Shown: piece after piece, positions 27,388 through 37,611 of the stretch
Layout: every line of letters begins with the position of its first letter
How positions within the stretch are numbered: position 1 is the first letter of the stretch
From: Candidatus Rokuibacteriota bacterium
GTDB lineage: Bacteria; Methylomirabilota; Methylomirabilia; Rokubacteriales; CSP1-6
Direction of reading: 5' to 3'
DNA length: 64,000 nt
NCBI GenBank assembly: GCA_003221515.1
Contig: QHSI01000133.1
Span: forward strand, 3,530 to 67,529
Position numbers and translations under genes: made by a program
Notes under the pieces: generated by a model
The model's input: the letters and a program-made list of their open reading frames with translations, nothing else
Databases searched by the model: none
Told to the model about the DNA's origin: nothing

Positions 27388-27798
27388 CTAGCGAGTCGTC
27401 GTAGTTTGTTGCTGAGCGCGACTAGCCGTGAGCTCGACGTACGTGAACCACCACCCGTCCAGCAGACGCACCTCGAGCGAGCTTCCCGCCTTCTCGTAGA
27501 CCTGCGTCGTGCCGTGGGTCGCGACCGCCGTGCTGCTGACGTGGCGCCAGCCGTTCGCCTCGAGGGTCGTCCGCAGCGCCAGCCCCAGGCTCTCGACTTC
27601 CAGGCGACCGCGGTACACGAGGCGCGCCGCCTTGACCGTCGGCGACTCGATGATCGTCGACTTGTCGGCCTGGTAGCTCAGCCCCTTCGGCACCGGAATG
27701 TCCTCGAACTCGCTCCGCACCGGCCTACTGGGAGCGGAGGCGCACCCGGCAACGAACACCACGACGAGGAGCGTGAGGAGTACGCGTTGAATGCTCAT
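27388..27798 (-). CDS. Conserved lipoprotein
   Basis: Lipobox VAGC; EFEDIPVP; ANGW; TACGCT 6 nt before ATG. Confidence 0.8.
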   Translation of the reverse strand: MSIQRVLLTLLVVVFVAGCASAPSRPVRSEFEDIPVPKGLSYQADKSTIIESPTVKAARLVYRGRLEVESLGLALRTTLEANGWRHVSSTAVATHGTTQVYEKAGSSLEVRLLDGWWFTYVELTASRAQQQTTTTR

Positions 27799-27857
27799 GG
27801 CGGCAGCGTAGCAAGATGCGTGTTGGGTATCCAAGAAATTTGGAGCGCGCCGCTGGG

Positions 27858-29441
27858 CTACAGCAGTCTTATCAATCTTGCGAAATCGGCCTCGACGGCC
27901 TGGCCAACATCGGCCACCTGCTCGGCCGTGAGATCCTCGTCGAGAATCAGCACGACGATCGCCCGGCCGCGCTTGCTCTTTCGCCCGACGTGCATCGAGG
28001 CGATGTTGACGTTCTGCCGGCCCAGCGTCGACCCGATCCGGCCGACCATGCCGGGCCGGTCCTCGTAGGACAGCATGAGGATGTAGCCCTCGGGGACGAA
28101 CTCGACGTCGAAATCGCGCAGCCGCACGACGCGCGGCTGGCCGTCGAAGACGGTGCCGGCGATGATCTTTTGGCCGTCGCGCGTCTGCGTGGTGACCCGC
28201 AGGACGCTCTTGTACCCCGACGCCTCCCCCGCGCGCTCGATGCGGACCTCGACGCCGCGTTCGGCCGCCACCAGCCGTGCGTTGACCAGGTTCACCGGTC
28301 CCGCCATCACCGGGCCGAGGAGCCCGGTCAGGACGGCGCGGGCCAGCAGCTCGGGATCGGCGTCGGCGATCGCCCCGGCCAGGGTGATCTCGACGCTCGC
28401 CAGGTGCCCCGGGTCGAGCTGGACGCTGAACCGGCCGAGCCGCTCCGCGAGCGCCACCCAGGGTCGCAGCTCGGCGACCGCGGTCCGATCGCCGACCGGG
28501 ATGTTGACCGCGTGCTCGACCAGCTCACCGTCGCGGAACGCGACGAGCTGGCGCGCGACGTCGACCGCGACGTTGACCTGCGCCTCGCTGGAGTTGGCGC
28601 CGAGGTGCGGGGTGACGACCACCCGCGGGTGCTGGATCAGCCGGCGGAGCGTCTCGCTCTGAGGCGGCTCCTCGCTCCAGACGTCGATGGCCGCGCCGGC
28701 GACCTGGCCGCTCTCCAGCGCGGCGAGGAGATCGGCTTCGTTGACGATCCCGCCCCGCGCGCAGTTCACCAGCCGCACCCCGCGCTTGGTCAGCGCGAGC
28801 TCGCGCGCGGTCAGCATGTTGTCGGTCTCCTGCGTGAGCGGCACGTGCACGGTGATGACGTCGGACTGGCGCAGGAGCGTCTCGAAGTCGGTGAGGCGTG
28901 CCCCCAGGTCTTTGGCGCGGTTCTCCGAGACGTAGGGATCGTAGACGATCAGCTCAGCGTCGAAGGCCCGCAAGCGCGCGGCGACCCGCGAGCCGACCTT
29001 GCCGAGCCCCACGATGCCGACCGTCTTGCGCAGGAGCTCCACGCCGTAGATCGCGCGGCTCCACTCGAGCGACTTGAGTCGAGCGTGAGCGTCGGGGATG
29101 CGCCGCACCAGCGCCAGCAGCATGCCCACCGTGTGCTCGGCCGCCGACACCACGTTCCCGTACGGTGCGTTGCACACGATGATCCCGCGTCGCGAGCACG
29201 CCTCGACGTCGACGTTGTCGATCCCGACGCCGGCGCGTCCGATGATGCGGAGGCGCGGCGCGTGGTCCAGCAGCTCGGCGGTGACCGCGGTGCCCGAGCG
29301 GGTGATCAGCCCGTCGTAGTCGTTGACGCGGGCGTACAGCGTCTCGAGGGACGGGCGGGCGAGCTCGTCGACCTCGACGCCGCGCTCGCGGAGATAGGCG
29401 ATGCCCTCCGGCGCGATCGCCTCGACGACGAGGATCCGCAC
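27858..29441 (-). CDS. serA: D-3-phosphoglycerate dehydrogenase (long form with ACT domain)
   Basis: IIGRAGVGIDNVD; NVVSAAEH; VGLGKVG; NCARGG; TPHLGA; EDRPGMVGRIG..NIASMHVGR. Confidence 0.95.
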   Translation of the reverse strand: MRILVVEAIAPEGIAYLRERGVEVDELARPSLETLYARVNDYDGLITRSGTAVTAELLDHAPRLRIIGRAGVGIDNVDVEACSRRGIIVCNAPYGNVVSAAEHTVGMLLALVRRIPDAHARLKSLEWSRAIYGVELLRKTVGIVGLGKVGSRVAARLRAFDAELIVYDPYVSENRAKDLGARLTDFETLLRQSDVITVHVPLTQETDNMLTARELALTKRGVRLVNCARGGIVNEADLLAALESGQVAGAAIDVWSEEPPQSETLRRLIQHPRVVVTPHLGANSSEAQVNVAVDVARQLVAFRDGELVEHAVNIPVGDRTAVAELRPWVALAERLGRFSVQLDPGHLASVEITLAGAIADADPELLARAVLTGLLGPVMAGPVNLVNARLVAAERGVEVRIERAGEASGYKSVLRVTTQTRDGQKIIAGTVFDGQPRVVRLRDFDVEFVPEGYILMLSYEDRPGMVGRIGSTLGRQNVNIASMHVGRKSKRGRAIVVLILDEDLTAEQVADVGQAVEADFARLIRLL

Positions 29442-29443
29442 GA

Positions 29444-30193
29444 TCAGCCCAGGACGGAGTACCCGCCGTCCACCGGGATGGCGGTGCCGGTGACGAAGTC
29501 GGACGCGGGGCTCGCCAGGAACACGGCGACGCCGGCCATGTCCTCGATCGTCCCCCAGCGCCCGGCGGGTGTGCGACGGAGCACGTTCTCGTGGAGGCCC
29601 TCGACCTGGCGCCGCGCACCGCGCGTGAGGTCGGTGTCGATCCAGCCCGGCAGGACGGCGTTGACCTGGATGTTGTCGCGGGCCCACGCAGTCGCGAGGG
29701 ATTTGGTGAGCTGGACGACACCGCCCTTGCTCGGCCCGTACGCGGGTGAGAACGGCACCCCGAAGATCGACATCATCGAGCCGATGTTGATGATCTTGCC
29801 GCCGCCCACCACCTTCATCGGCGCGTACGCCGCGCGGCAGGCGAGGAAGATCGAGGTGAGGTTGGTGTCGAGCACGTGGTGCCAGTCGGCGAGCGTGTAC
29901 TCCTGCGGGACCTTGCGGATGTTGGTCCCGGCGTTGTTCACGAGGATGTCGAGGCGACCGCACTGGTCGAGCGTGGACCGGACGAGGGCGTTGACCGACG
30001 TCTCGTCGGCGACGTCGACGGCGATCGCGAGCGCTTGACCGCCGAGCTGGCGAACGGCGGCGGCCGACTTCGTCTGGTTGCGCGCGGCGACCACGACGCG
30101 GGCGCCGGCGGCGGCGAGGCCCTGGGCCATGCCGAGCCCGATTCCCCCGTTTCCGCCGGTGACGACGGCGACCTTGCCCTTGAGATCGAACAT
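29444..30193 (-). CDS. SDR oxidoreductase (KduD-like)
   Basis: TGGNGGIG; NNAG; YGPSK; NAVLPGWIDT. Confidence 0.9.
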   Translation of the reverse strand: MFDLKGKVAVVTGGNGGIGLGMAQGLAAAGARVVVAARNQTKSAAAVRQLGGQALAIAVDVADETSVNALVRSTLDQCGRLDILVNNAGTNIRKVPQEYTLADWHHVLDTNLTSIFLACRAAYAPMKVVGGGKIINIGSMMSIFGVPFSPAYGPSKGGVVQLTKSLATAWARDNIQVNAVLPGWIDTDLTRGARRQVEGLHENVLRRTPAGRWGTIEDMAGVAVFLASPASDFVTGTAIPVDGGYSVLG

Positions 30194-30211
30194 TGGTCCC
30201 TCCGGCGCATC

Positions 30212-33200
30212 TTACCCGAAGTCGTGTGAGGGGACGTGATGGCCGAGGGCTGGCAGGCTCCGCACCGTGTTCGCGCGGACGGAGATGACCCCGTCCTGCC
30301 GCTGCGCGATCCCCGTCACCAGAAGGTATGGCTCGGCCACCAGCGCGACACGATGGCGCGCGAAAATCGGCGGCGTCACGATCACGTTCGCGATCCCCGT
30401 CTCGTCCTCCAGGGAAAGGAAGACGAAGCCCTTCGCGGTGCCCGGCCGCTGGCGAACGATGACGCTGCCCGCCACCTGGACTCTGGCGCCGTCCTCCACG
30501 CCGGCCAGCTCGCGCGCGCTCACCACCCCCAAGCGCCGGAGCGACGCGCGGCGCAGCGCCATCGGATGGCGGCCGAGCGTCACACCCGTGCCGGCGTAAT
30601 CGGCGGCGAGGCGCTCGATGTCCGTCATCTCGGTCAACGGGCTGGGCTCGCGCGGCGGATCCGTGAACAACGGGCCGGGATCCGACACCGCCGCCGCCCA
30701 GAGGTTGGCCCGGCGGCTCCCGCCGAGCGGCGCGAGCGCGCCGATGGCCGCGAGCGTCTCCAGTTCGTCCCGCCCGAGCTCGGCCCGGCGCGCGAGGTCG
30801 TGGACGGACGCGAATGGCCGCGCCTCGCGCGCCCGCACGATCGCACGCGCCGCCCGCGCGCGCAGGCCCTTCACGTACCGTAACCCCAGCCGCACCACGA
30901 CGGCGCCGTCGGCGCGCTCGAGCACGCACAACCACGGGGAGCGCGTGACGTCGATCGGCAGGATCCGCAGGCCGTGGCGCTGCGCGTCCTTCACGATGGT
31001 CGCCGGGTGATAGAACCCCATCGGCTGGTTGTTGAGGAGCGCCGCGTAGAACGCCGCCGGATGGTGGACGCGCAGGTACGCACTCGCGTAGGCGAGCAGC
31101 GCAAAGCTGGAGGCGTGCGAGTTGTGGACGACCAGGTCGTTCGCGAGGAAGTTGTGATCTCCCTCGATATGGAGGTCATACGTTTCCTGGATCCCGACGG
31201 GATCGATGGATACGATTCGATCCCAGTACAGATCAGATTCCGCCAGGCGGCCCAGCTCTGGCGAGTCGAAGTACCGAGCCAGCCGAGCAATGACCCAGCG
31301 ACGATATCCTTGCTTCGACGCATCCGGAGTCACGAGTGCACGCAAGGCGAGCTTCGCCCCCTGACCGAGCTCATCCCAGGTGACGCCTCGATGCTTGCGC
31401 TCACGATCGATGAGGGTTTTGACCGCGACCGGAACGACGTCATGGGATGAGCGTCCCCAAGCGCCTGTCAGCGAGAGATCCTTGGCCATCTGCTGCTTTC
31501 GACCATCCAGAAACCGGCGCGCGACTCGATGGTAGAAGCGCCGCAAATTCCCCTGGCCGGTGACGGTCACGACGAAGCTGGCGACGCGCCGCCCTCGATA
31601 CGGGTGAGTGCGCGAATACAGACGCGACACGATCCCGAGCCCAAGCAGGAGATGTTGGACGTCTTCGGCCAGGCGACGAGAAACCGTGTCGTACGACGCG
31701 TGACCCGTCCGTGACAGAGAACCATCGCCTTCCCATAAACGAGCGAGCAGCAACGCCTGATCGGCGGCGCAAAGCTCGAACACTTCCTCGGGCAATCGTT
31801 TCGCCCGCGCCGTGGCGCCCCAGAGCCCGAGTTTTCGGGCCCACTGGACGGCTCCGATCGGCGCCGACGCGCCGTTGCGACGGACGTGCACGCTGTAGCA
31901 GCTGCGGTGGCGAGCGACGGTCGCTCGCGTATTGGCAAATTGCTGCACAGCCTCCACGAACTCGTCACGATACTGAGCGTCCGTCGTGTAGAAATAGAAC
32001 GTGCTCGGGTGGCACAGCTTGCCTTCGGCGATCAGGTCGGCAAGCACGATCAGCTGGTAACGAGGCCAGCGCCGACGCCCCAGCGTGGGGAGCGTACGGG
32101 CTGCAGCAATACGGTCGCCCGCCCTGAGACTCACCAGGGCGCGCCAGCCCTGCATCGTGAGCAGTGGATGCTCGGCGGTCGCCACGATCTCTCGACCAAG
32201 CGCCGTACGAACGCGATAGACCATCCGGCGTCCGCTCGGCGTGGCCGCGAGCACGCGGCGCTTCTGCAGCCTCATGTTCGCGTCGCAGGCGAGCGTGCTC
32301 TCGACACGTACCCGGCCGCTCACGATGTCCTCGATCGCGGCCCAACGTCCCCGGTCGGCATCGATCACGCGCGTCTCGCCGACCACACATTCCGGGAACC
32401 CGTACAGCGCGAACGCGGTGATGGAGCGCACGATCTCTTCAGCGGCGTCGCCGTGGATGCCCTGGCGCGCCATGCCCGCGCGCAGCTTCGTCTCCACCTC
32501 GGCCATGAGCCGCTCGCTGCGCTTGAAGCCGAACGCCCGCCGGAGCTCCTCGGCCTCCGTCGCGGTGAAGCCGGCCGTCACCATCGCCATCCGCAGCAAC
32601 TGCTCCTGGAACAGCGGGACGCCGAGCGTGCGGCGGAGGATGGGCTCCAGGCTCGGGTGCGGGTACGTCACCGGCTCGCGCCCGCGCCGGCGGTTGATGT
32701 AGGGATGGACCATGTCGCCCACGATCGGTCCGGGGCGGATGATCGCGACCTGCACGACGAGGTCGTAGAATCGCTCGGGGCGGACGCGCGGGAGCGTCGC
32801 CATCTGCGCGCGGCTCTCGACCTGGAACACGCCGATGGTGTCGGCCTCTTGCAGGCTCCGATAAACGGCCGGATCGTCCGGGGGCAGCCGCGCCAGATCT
32901 ACCTCGCCGCCGGATTCGCGGACGAGCGTCAGCGAATCCTGGAGCACCGACATCATCCCGAGCCCCAGCAGATCCACCTTGACGATACCGAGCGCCGCGC
33001 AGTCGTCCTTGTCCCACTGCACGACGACGCGCCCCGGCATCGTCGCCGGCTCGAGCGGCACCACGTCGTCGAGCCGGCCCGCGGCGATGACCATGCCTCC
33101 CGAGTGCTGGCCGAGGTGGCGCGGCAGATCCTGGATCCGCGTCCAGAGAGCGGCGAAGCGCCGGATGCGCGGGGAGCTCGGATCGCAGCCGGCCTCCGGG

Positions 33201-34585
33201 AGATGCTTCGTCAGGAGCTCGTTCGGATCCTGATAGCCCCAGTTCGCGACGAGCTGGGCGAGCCGGTCCCGCATGTCGCCCGGAAGCCCGAGCGCCTGGC
33301 CGACTTCGCGGGCGGCGCTCCGGCCTCGATAAGAAATCACGTTGGCGGTCATCCCAGCGCCGAGGCGACCGTACCGCCGATAGACGTGCTGGATGACCGC
33401 TTCTCGGCGCTCACCGCTCGGCAGATCCAGATCGATATCAGGCCATTCACCCCGCGCTTCGCTGAGAAAGCGTTCGAACAGCAGCTCCATGCCGACCGGA
33501 TCCACCGCGGTGATGCCGAGGGCGTAGCAGACCGCGCTGTTGGCCGCCGAGCCGCGGCCCTGCACGAGGATGTCGTGGGTCCGGCAGTGCTCGACGATGT
33601 CCCACACGATCAGGAAGTAGCCCGCGAGATCGAGCCGCCCGATGAGCTCGAGCTCGTGAGCGACCTGACGGCGCGCGCGCGCGGCCAGCGGGCCCGTGCC
33701 ATAGCGCGCGCCCACACCGCGCCGGGTCAGCTCGCGCAGGTAGCCGAGCGGCGTCTGGCCCGGCGGCAGCGGAAACTCCGGGAACCGGTACCCGAGATCC
33801 TTCAGCGTGAAGGCCAGCCGCAGCGCCAGCTCACCGCTGTTGGCGAGCGCGTCGGGAAGATCACGGAAGAGCTGCGTCATCTCGACCCCGCCCTTCAAGA
33901 CGCGCTCGCCGTTGGCCAGCAGCCGGCGGCCGGCGCGATCGAGATCGGTCTTCTCGCGGATGCACGTGAAGACGTCGGCGAGCGGACGGCCCTCCGGGCG
34001 CGCGAAGAGCGGCTGGTTGGAGGCGACGAGCGGCACGCCGGCTCCCCGGCCCAGCGCCACCAGCGCCTGAAGCATCGCCTCCTGCTCGCGGAGGAAGTGT
34101 CGCTGGACCTCGACGAAGCAGCTCGAACGCCCAAAGATTGCCACGAGGCGGTCCAGGCACGCCCGGGCGCCCTCGCCGTCGCCGGCGGCGAGCCGCCGCG
34201 CGAGCGGACCGCGAGCTCCCCCGGTGAGACACACGAGTCCAGCGGCGTACGGCTCGAGGTCGTCGAGCGTGGTCGCGGCGGCGCCCTTGGGGGCACCGAG
34301 CTTCATTCGTGTGATCAGCCGGCAGAGGTTCTGATATCCCTCGCGATCCTCCACCAGCAGGGGTAGCCGCGAGCCGTCGGCGAGCGTGATCTCGCTGCCG
34401 ACGATCGGCTTCACCCCCGCGTTCAGAGCCGCGCCGGCTAGCCGAGCCGCTCCGTACACGCCGTCGCGATCGACCAGGGCGACCGCCGGCATGTCGAGCC
34501 GAGCCGCCTCGGCAGCGAACGCCTCGGGATGCTCGGCGCCCTCGAGGAACGAGAACGCCGACTGCGCGTGGAGCTCGATGAACAT
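30212..34585 (-). CDS. dnaE2: Error-prone DNA polymerase DnaE2 (ImuC), intein-containing
   Basis: PHP HAQSAFSFLEGA; GRGSAANS; PDIDLD; PRHLGQHSGG; YGFPE[intein]SHASSFA; OB fold VRQRPGTAKG; C-terminal SHDF. Confidence 0.97.
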   Translation of the reverse strand: MFIELHAQSAFSFLEGAEHPEAFAAEAARLDMPAVALVDRDGVYGAARLAGAALNAGVKPIVGSEITLADGSRLPLLVEDREGYQNLCRLITRMKLGAPKGAAATTLDDLEPYAAGLVCLTGGARGPLARRLAAGDGEGARACLDRLVAIFGRSSCFVEVQRHFLREQEAMLQALVALGRGAGVPLVASNQPLFARPEGRPLADVFTCIREKTDLDRAGRRLLANGERVLKGGVEMTQLFRDLPDALANSGELALRLAFTLKDLGYRFPEFPLPPGQTPLGYLRELTRRGVGARYGTGPLAARARRQVAHELELIGRLDLAGYFLIVWDIVEHCRTHDILVQGRGSAANSAVCYALGITAVDPVGMELLFERFLSEARGEWPDIDLDLPSGERREAVIQHVYRRYGRLGAGMTANVISYRGRSAAREVGQALGLPGDMRDRLAQLVANWGYQDPNELLTKHLPEAGCDPSSPRIRRFAALWTRIQDLPRHLGQHSGGMVIAAGRLDDVVPLEPATMPGRVVVQWDKDDCAALGIVKVDLLGLGMMSVLQDSLTLVRESGGEVDLARLPPDDPAVYRSLQEADTIGVFQVESRAQMATLPRVRPERFYDLVVQVAIIRPGPIVGDMVHPYINRRRGREPVTYPHPSLEPILRRTLGVPLFQEQLLRMAMVTAGFTATEAEELRRAFGFKRSERLMAEVETKLRAGMARQGIHGDAAEEIVRSITAFALYGFPECVVGETRVIDADRGRWAAIEDIVSGRVRVESTLACDANMRLQKRRVLAATPSGRRMVYRVRTALGREIVATAEHPLLTMQGWRALVSLRAGDRIAAARTLPTLGRRRWPRYQLIVLADLIAEGKLCHPSTFYFYTTDAQYRDEFVEAVQQFANTRATVARHRSCYSVHVRRNGASAPIGAVQWARKLGLWGATARAKRLPEEVFELCAADQALLLARLWEGDGSLSRTGHASYDTVSRRLAEDVQHLLLGLGIVSRLYSRTHPYRGRRVASFVVTVTGQGNLRRFYHRVARRFLDGRKQQMAKDLSLTGAWGRSSHDVVPVAVKTLIDRERKHRGVTWDELGQGAKLALRALVTPDASKQGYRRWVIARLARYFDSPELGRLAESDLYWDRIVSIDPVGIQETYDLHIEGDHNFLANDLVVHNSHASSFALLAYASAYLRVHHPAAFYAALLNNQPMGFYHPATIVKDAQRHGLRILPIDVTRSPWLCVLERADGAVVVRLGLRYVKGLRARAARAIVRAREARPFASVHDLARRAELGRDELETLAAIGALAPLGGSRRANLWAAAVSDPGPLFTDPPREPSPLTEMTDIERLAADYAGTGVTLGRHPMALRRASLRRLGVVSARELAGVEDGARVQVAGSVIVRQRPGTAKGFVFLSLEDETGIANVIVTPPIFARHRVALVAEPYLLVTGIAQRQDGVISVRANTVRSLPALGHHVPSHDFG
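31121..32389 (-). mobile_element. Intein with LAGLIDADG homing endonuclease (423 aa)
   Basis: Block A CVVGETRV; block B ATAEHPLL; LADLIAEG and LARLWEGDG; block F ETYDLHI; block G HNFLANDLVVHN followed by Ser+1. Confidence 0.95.
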
Positions 34586-34588
34586 AGA

Positions 34589-36058
34589 TCAGTCGTAGAG
34601 GCCGTCGAGGTACCAGTGACCGGTCAGGCGATCGCGCGCGAGCCGACAGAGCGCGCCGTCTCCGAGCGCCACGTCCCACTCGTCACGCGCCCATGCCTCG
34701 GTGTCCCACCACTCGCCCGACGCGCGCCACGGTCCGGCGCACGCGACGACGTGTTGCGCGTCCACCCGCGCCGGCCGCTCGCCCACCACCGCGACGTCCA
34801 CGCGTCGAGCCGGCCGCATCCGCCGCAGCGCCAGCCGAGGCTCCACGTCCCCGCGCGCGGGTGCGTCGGGCTCGGTCGGCGGAGAGAACGCGAGCATCGC
34901 GAAGGCGTCGGGGCGGTGCGAGTCCACGAGGGTGGGCGAGCCCAGACTGTCGGTGCCGACGAGCGCGGCCAGGCGCGCGAGCACGGACACGAGGTCGCGA
35001 ATGGCCGGCACGGGCGGCTGCCAGAGCCCGCCCTGCCCCATCTGGGCCCGGATCGGATGCGCGCTGACCGCGACCCGCGTCACCGGGGCCGGCGGCGGAT
35101 GCGCCTCGAGGTCGAGCCCCACCAGGGCGAGCATCGGCTTGACCTCGCTCATGGGGTACGCGAGCGAGACCACGCGCGCGTGGTGGCCGCCCGAGGCGAG
35201 GCCGAGCCGGATGTCGAGGACGTCGGCGGCGAGCGCGGCCGCCCCGAGTCGCCCGCACAGACGCGTCAGCACGGGCTCGAGCACGACGGTGAGGACCTCG
35301 AGCGACTCGATCTCCCACTCGACCCCTTGCGCCTCTTCCCAGAAGGGCGGCGGAGTCCACGGACGGAACGGCTCGTGGTCACGGCCCAGCGCCTGATCGT
35401 GCGCGCGGAGCCCGGCCGGCCCGAGCCTCATGGTGACTCCTTCTCGAGGCAGCGCCGCCATCTCTCCGAGCGTGCGCACGCCCCACCGCGCGAGGGTCGC
35501 GGCGAGCGGCGGATCGAGATCGAGCACGCCGAGCGGTACTCCGGCGAGCGCCGCGCGCTCACGCCCGGGAGCGACGACCGTCACCGGAACCGATGCGCTC
35601 GCCGCGGCGACACGCGCCGCCGTGCGGCTCCCCGCAACCCCGACGCGCGCGACGAGCCCGACGGTTCGCGCCTGGTGCACGAGACGACGCCCGATCGCCT
35701 CGGGATCGCCGATGAGCCGATCGAGCCCGGCGGTGTCGACGTAGACGATTCCCGCTCCGCCATCCTCGATCCGCGGCGAGACGGCCAGAGCCGCCTCGAG
35801 CAGGGCATGGCGGGCGGCAGCGACGTGCTCCTCGATGTGAGGCCGGGTCACGAGGGTTGGACAGCGGGCGGCGGCTTCGGTCTCCGTCATGCCCGAGCGC
35901 ACGTCTCGCTCACGGGCAGCCGCGTTGGCGTCGGCGAGGATCTTGATGTTCGCGGTCTGGGTGAGGACCGCAAGGGGCTGCTCGCGGAGCGCGGGCTCGC
36001 ATCGCTCGACGGCGGCCGCCGCGAAGTGCGCCACCAGCACGCAGGCGAACCGGCTCAC
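34589..36058 (-). CDS. imuB: ImuB, catalytically inactive Y-family polymerase
   Basis: GMTETEAAARCP; SPRIED; WGVRTLGE; AGPWRASGEWW; WYLDGLYD; N-terminal catalytic Asp absent; lies between imuA and dnaE2. Confidence 0.92.
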   Translation of the reverse strand: MSRFACVLVAHFAAAAVERCEPALREQPLAVLTQTANIKILADANAAARERDVRSGMTETEAAARCPTLVTRPHIEEHVAAARHALLEAALAVSPRIEDGGAGIVYVDTAGLDRLIGDPEAIGRRLVHQARTVGLVARVGVAGSRTAARVAAASASVPVTVVAPGRERAALAGVPLGVLDLDPPLAATLARWGVRTLGEMAALPREGVTMRLGPAGLRAHDQALGRDHEPFRPWTPPPFWEEAQGVEWEIESLEVLTVVLEPVLTRLCGRLGAAALAADVLDIRLGLASGGHHARVVSLAYPMSEVKPMLALVGLDLEAHPPPAPVTRVAVSAHPIRAQMGQGGLWQPPVPAIRDLVSVLARLAALVGTDSLGSPTLVDSHRPDAFAMLAFSPPTEPDAPARGDVEPRLALRRMRPARRVDVAVVGERPARVDAQHVVACAGPWRASGEWWDTEAWARDEWDVALGDGALCRLARDRLTGHWYLDGLYD

Positions 36059-36612
36059 GCCCGCCACCAGCGCGACGGCGACTCCGCGGGCGGAGCGTGG
36101 CGCGCGCGGAGCACCGCCGTCGTCGTGCGCACGCGCGCGAGCCGCGTGGGCGCGGGCCCCGGCCCGGCCCACTCGATCGCCTGGCGCCGGGTCTCGATCG
36201 CCAGCGTCGCGCTTGCTCCGGTGAGCCGACGACGTCCGACGATCAGCAGCGCCACGTCGGCGCGCCGGACAGCGAACTTCAGCCGGAACGCGAGCGTCGC
36301 GGGAAGACGCACGACCAGCTCGCCGAGATCCAGCGCGACCAGCGCGAACCCGGGGCAGCGAACGAGCATGTCGACGGCGCGAAGCGCGACGTCGCGGCGA
36401 CCACCGCAGCGCACCCACAGGAGCCGGCGCAGATCGACCCCGGCCTGCGCGGCCGACGCTGGATCGAACGTCTCCTCGGTGTCGACGAGGGCGGCGGTCT
36501 CGCCGCTCTGCGCGACGTCGCGCAGACACGCGACGAGAAGGCTCGTGCGCCCCGACGACGGCCGGCCCACGATCTCGGTGATCTCCCCGCGAGCCGCAGC
36601 CACGCGCTCCAT
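36055..36612 (-). CDS. imuA: ImuA / RecA-like protein
   Basis: GEITEIVGRPSSGRTSL; ALVD...FDPASAAQAGVDLRRLLWVRC; position in the cassette. Confidence 0.88.
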   Translation of the reverse strand: MERVAAARGEITEIVGRPSSGRTSLLVACLRDVAQSGETAALVDTEETFDPASAAQAGVDLRRLLWVRCGGRRDVALRAVDMLVRCPGFALVALDLGELVVRLPATLAFRLKFAVRRADVALLIVGRRRLTGASATLAIETRRQAIEWAGPGPAPTRLARVRTTTAVLRARHAPPAESPSRWWRA

Positions 36613-36619
36613 ACCCAGA

Positions 36620-36648
36620 AAACTAATCAGGTGATGAGTATCAGACAA
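36620..36648 (-). promoter_or_regulatory. Sigma70-type leaderless promoter with embedded palindrome (candidate operator)
   Basis: TTGTCT-N17-TAGTTT-7 nt-ATG; ACTAATCA-GG-TGATGAGT at 36622-36639. Confidence 0.6.
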
Positions 36649-36746
36649 GCCTGAAGATGTGGGGGCTCTCTGAAGAGCCGCCACTAGATAGTGGGGTTCA
36701 GGCTCGAACGAAGGATCGGCTAGAATGCGAGGCCGAGGGGGGCTCC

Positions 36747-37514
36747 ATGGAACTTCGCGCGGTAACAGCGGTTGTGACCGGCGGCGCTTCGGGCCTCGGA
36801 CGCTCCACAGCCGAGCGGCTCATCGCTGCGGGCTCCCGGGTTGCCCTGCTCGACCGGCCGGCCTCGGCGGGGGCGGACGTCGCGAAGGTGATGGGCCAGG
36901 CCGCGATCTTCACACCCGCCGACGTCACGAGCGGCGAAGAGGTGGGTGCCGCACTCCAGGGCGCCTGGGATCGCCTCGATGGCTTCAACGTCCTCGTGAA
37001 CTGTGCCGGCATCGGGCCGGCCATGAAAACCGTCGGGAGATCCGGGCCGGCGAAGCTCGAGGAGTTCACCCGCGTCATCCAGGTGAACCTCATCGGCACC
37101 TTCAACTGCATCCGCCTTGCCGCCGCGCTCATGGCGAAGAACACACCCACCGCCGAGGGCGAGCGCGGCGTGGTCATCAATACCGCCTCCGTCGCCGCCT
37201 TCGACGGCCAGATCGGCCAGGCCGCCTACTCCGCCTCCAAGGGGGGCATCGTGGGCATGACGCTCCCGGTCGCGCGCGACCTCGCCGGGCTCGGGATCCG
37301 GGTCATGACGATCGCGCCCGGCATCTTCGACACGCCGCTGCTCGCCACCCTGCCCGAGCCCGTTCGCGCCTCGCTCGGCAAGCAGGTCCCCTTCCCGCCG
37401 CGTCTCGGCCGCCCCGAGGAATTCGCCGCGCTGGCGCTCCACATCATCGAGAACGCCATGTTGAACGGGGAGACGATCCGCCTCGACGGCGCCATCCGGA
37501 TGCAGCCGCGCTAG
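36747..37514 (+). CDS. 3-hydroxyacyl-CoA dehydrogenase type 2 (HSD17B10-like SDR)
   Basis: [44 protein letters not shown]. Confidence 0.93.
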   Translation: MELRAVTAVVTGGASGLGRSTAERLIAAGSRVALLDRPASAGADVAKVMGQAAIFTPADVTSGEEVGAALQGAWDRLDGFNVLVNCAGIGPAMKTVGRSGPAKLEEFTRVIQVNLIGTFNCIRLAAALMAKNTPTAEGERGVVINTASVAAFDGQIGQAAYSASKGGIVGMTLPVARDLAGLGIRVMTIAPGIFDTPLLATLPEPVRASLGKQVPFPPRLGRPEEFAALALHIIENAMLNGETIRLDGAIRMQPR

Positions 37515-37522
37515 CCCGCACC

Positions 37523-37609
37523 GCGAGCCGCAGGACGTCGCGGGGCTGCGCTCCGCCGGCCGAGGCGAACCTATGAACCCAGTGCGAGCCCCAGGACGCC
37601 GCGGGGCTT
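37523..37609 (-). repeat. Dispersed ~50-bp repeat, copy C plus a partial copy
   Basis: Reverse complement GTTCGCCTCGGCCGGCGGAGCGCAGCCCCGCGACGTCCTGCGGCTCGC (37523-37570); partial copy at 37582-37609. Confidence 0.75.
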
Positions 37610-37611
37610 AC

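Noticed and set aside
27858..30935. 1025-aa ORF suggesting a SerA fusion
   Set aside because: The first ~500 aa are an off-frame shadow over the SDR and dnaE2 genes; SerA similarity starts at GTG 29441.
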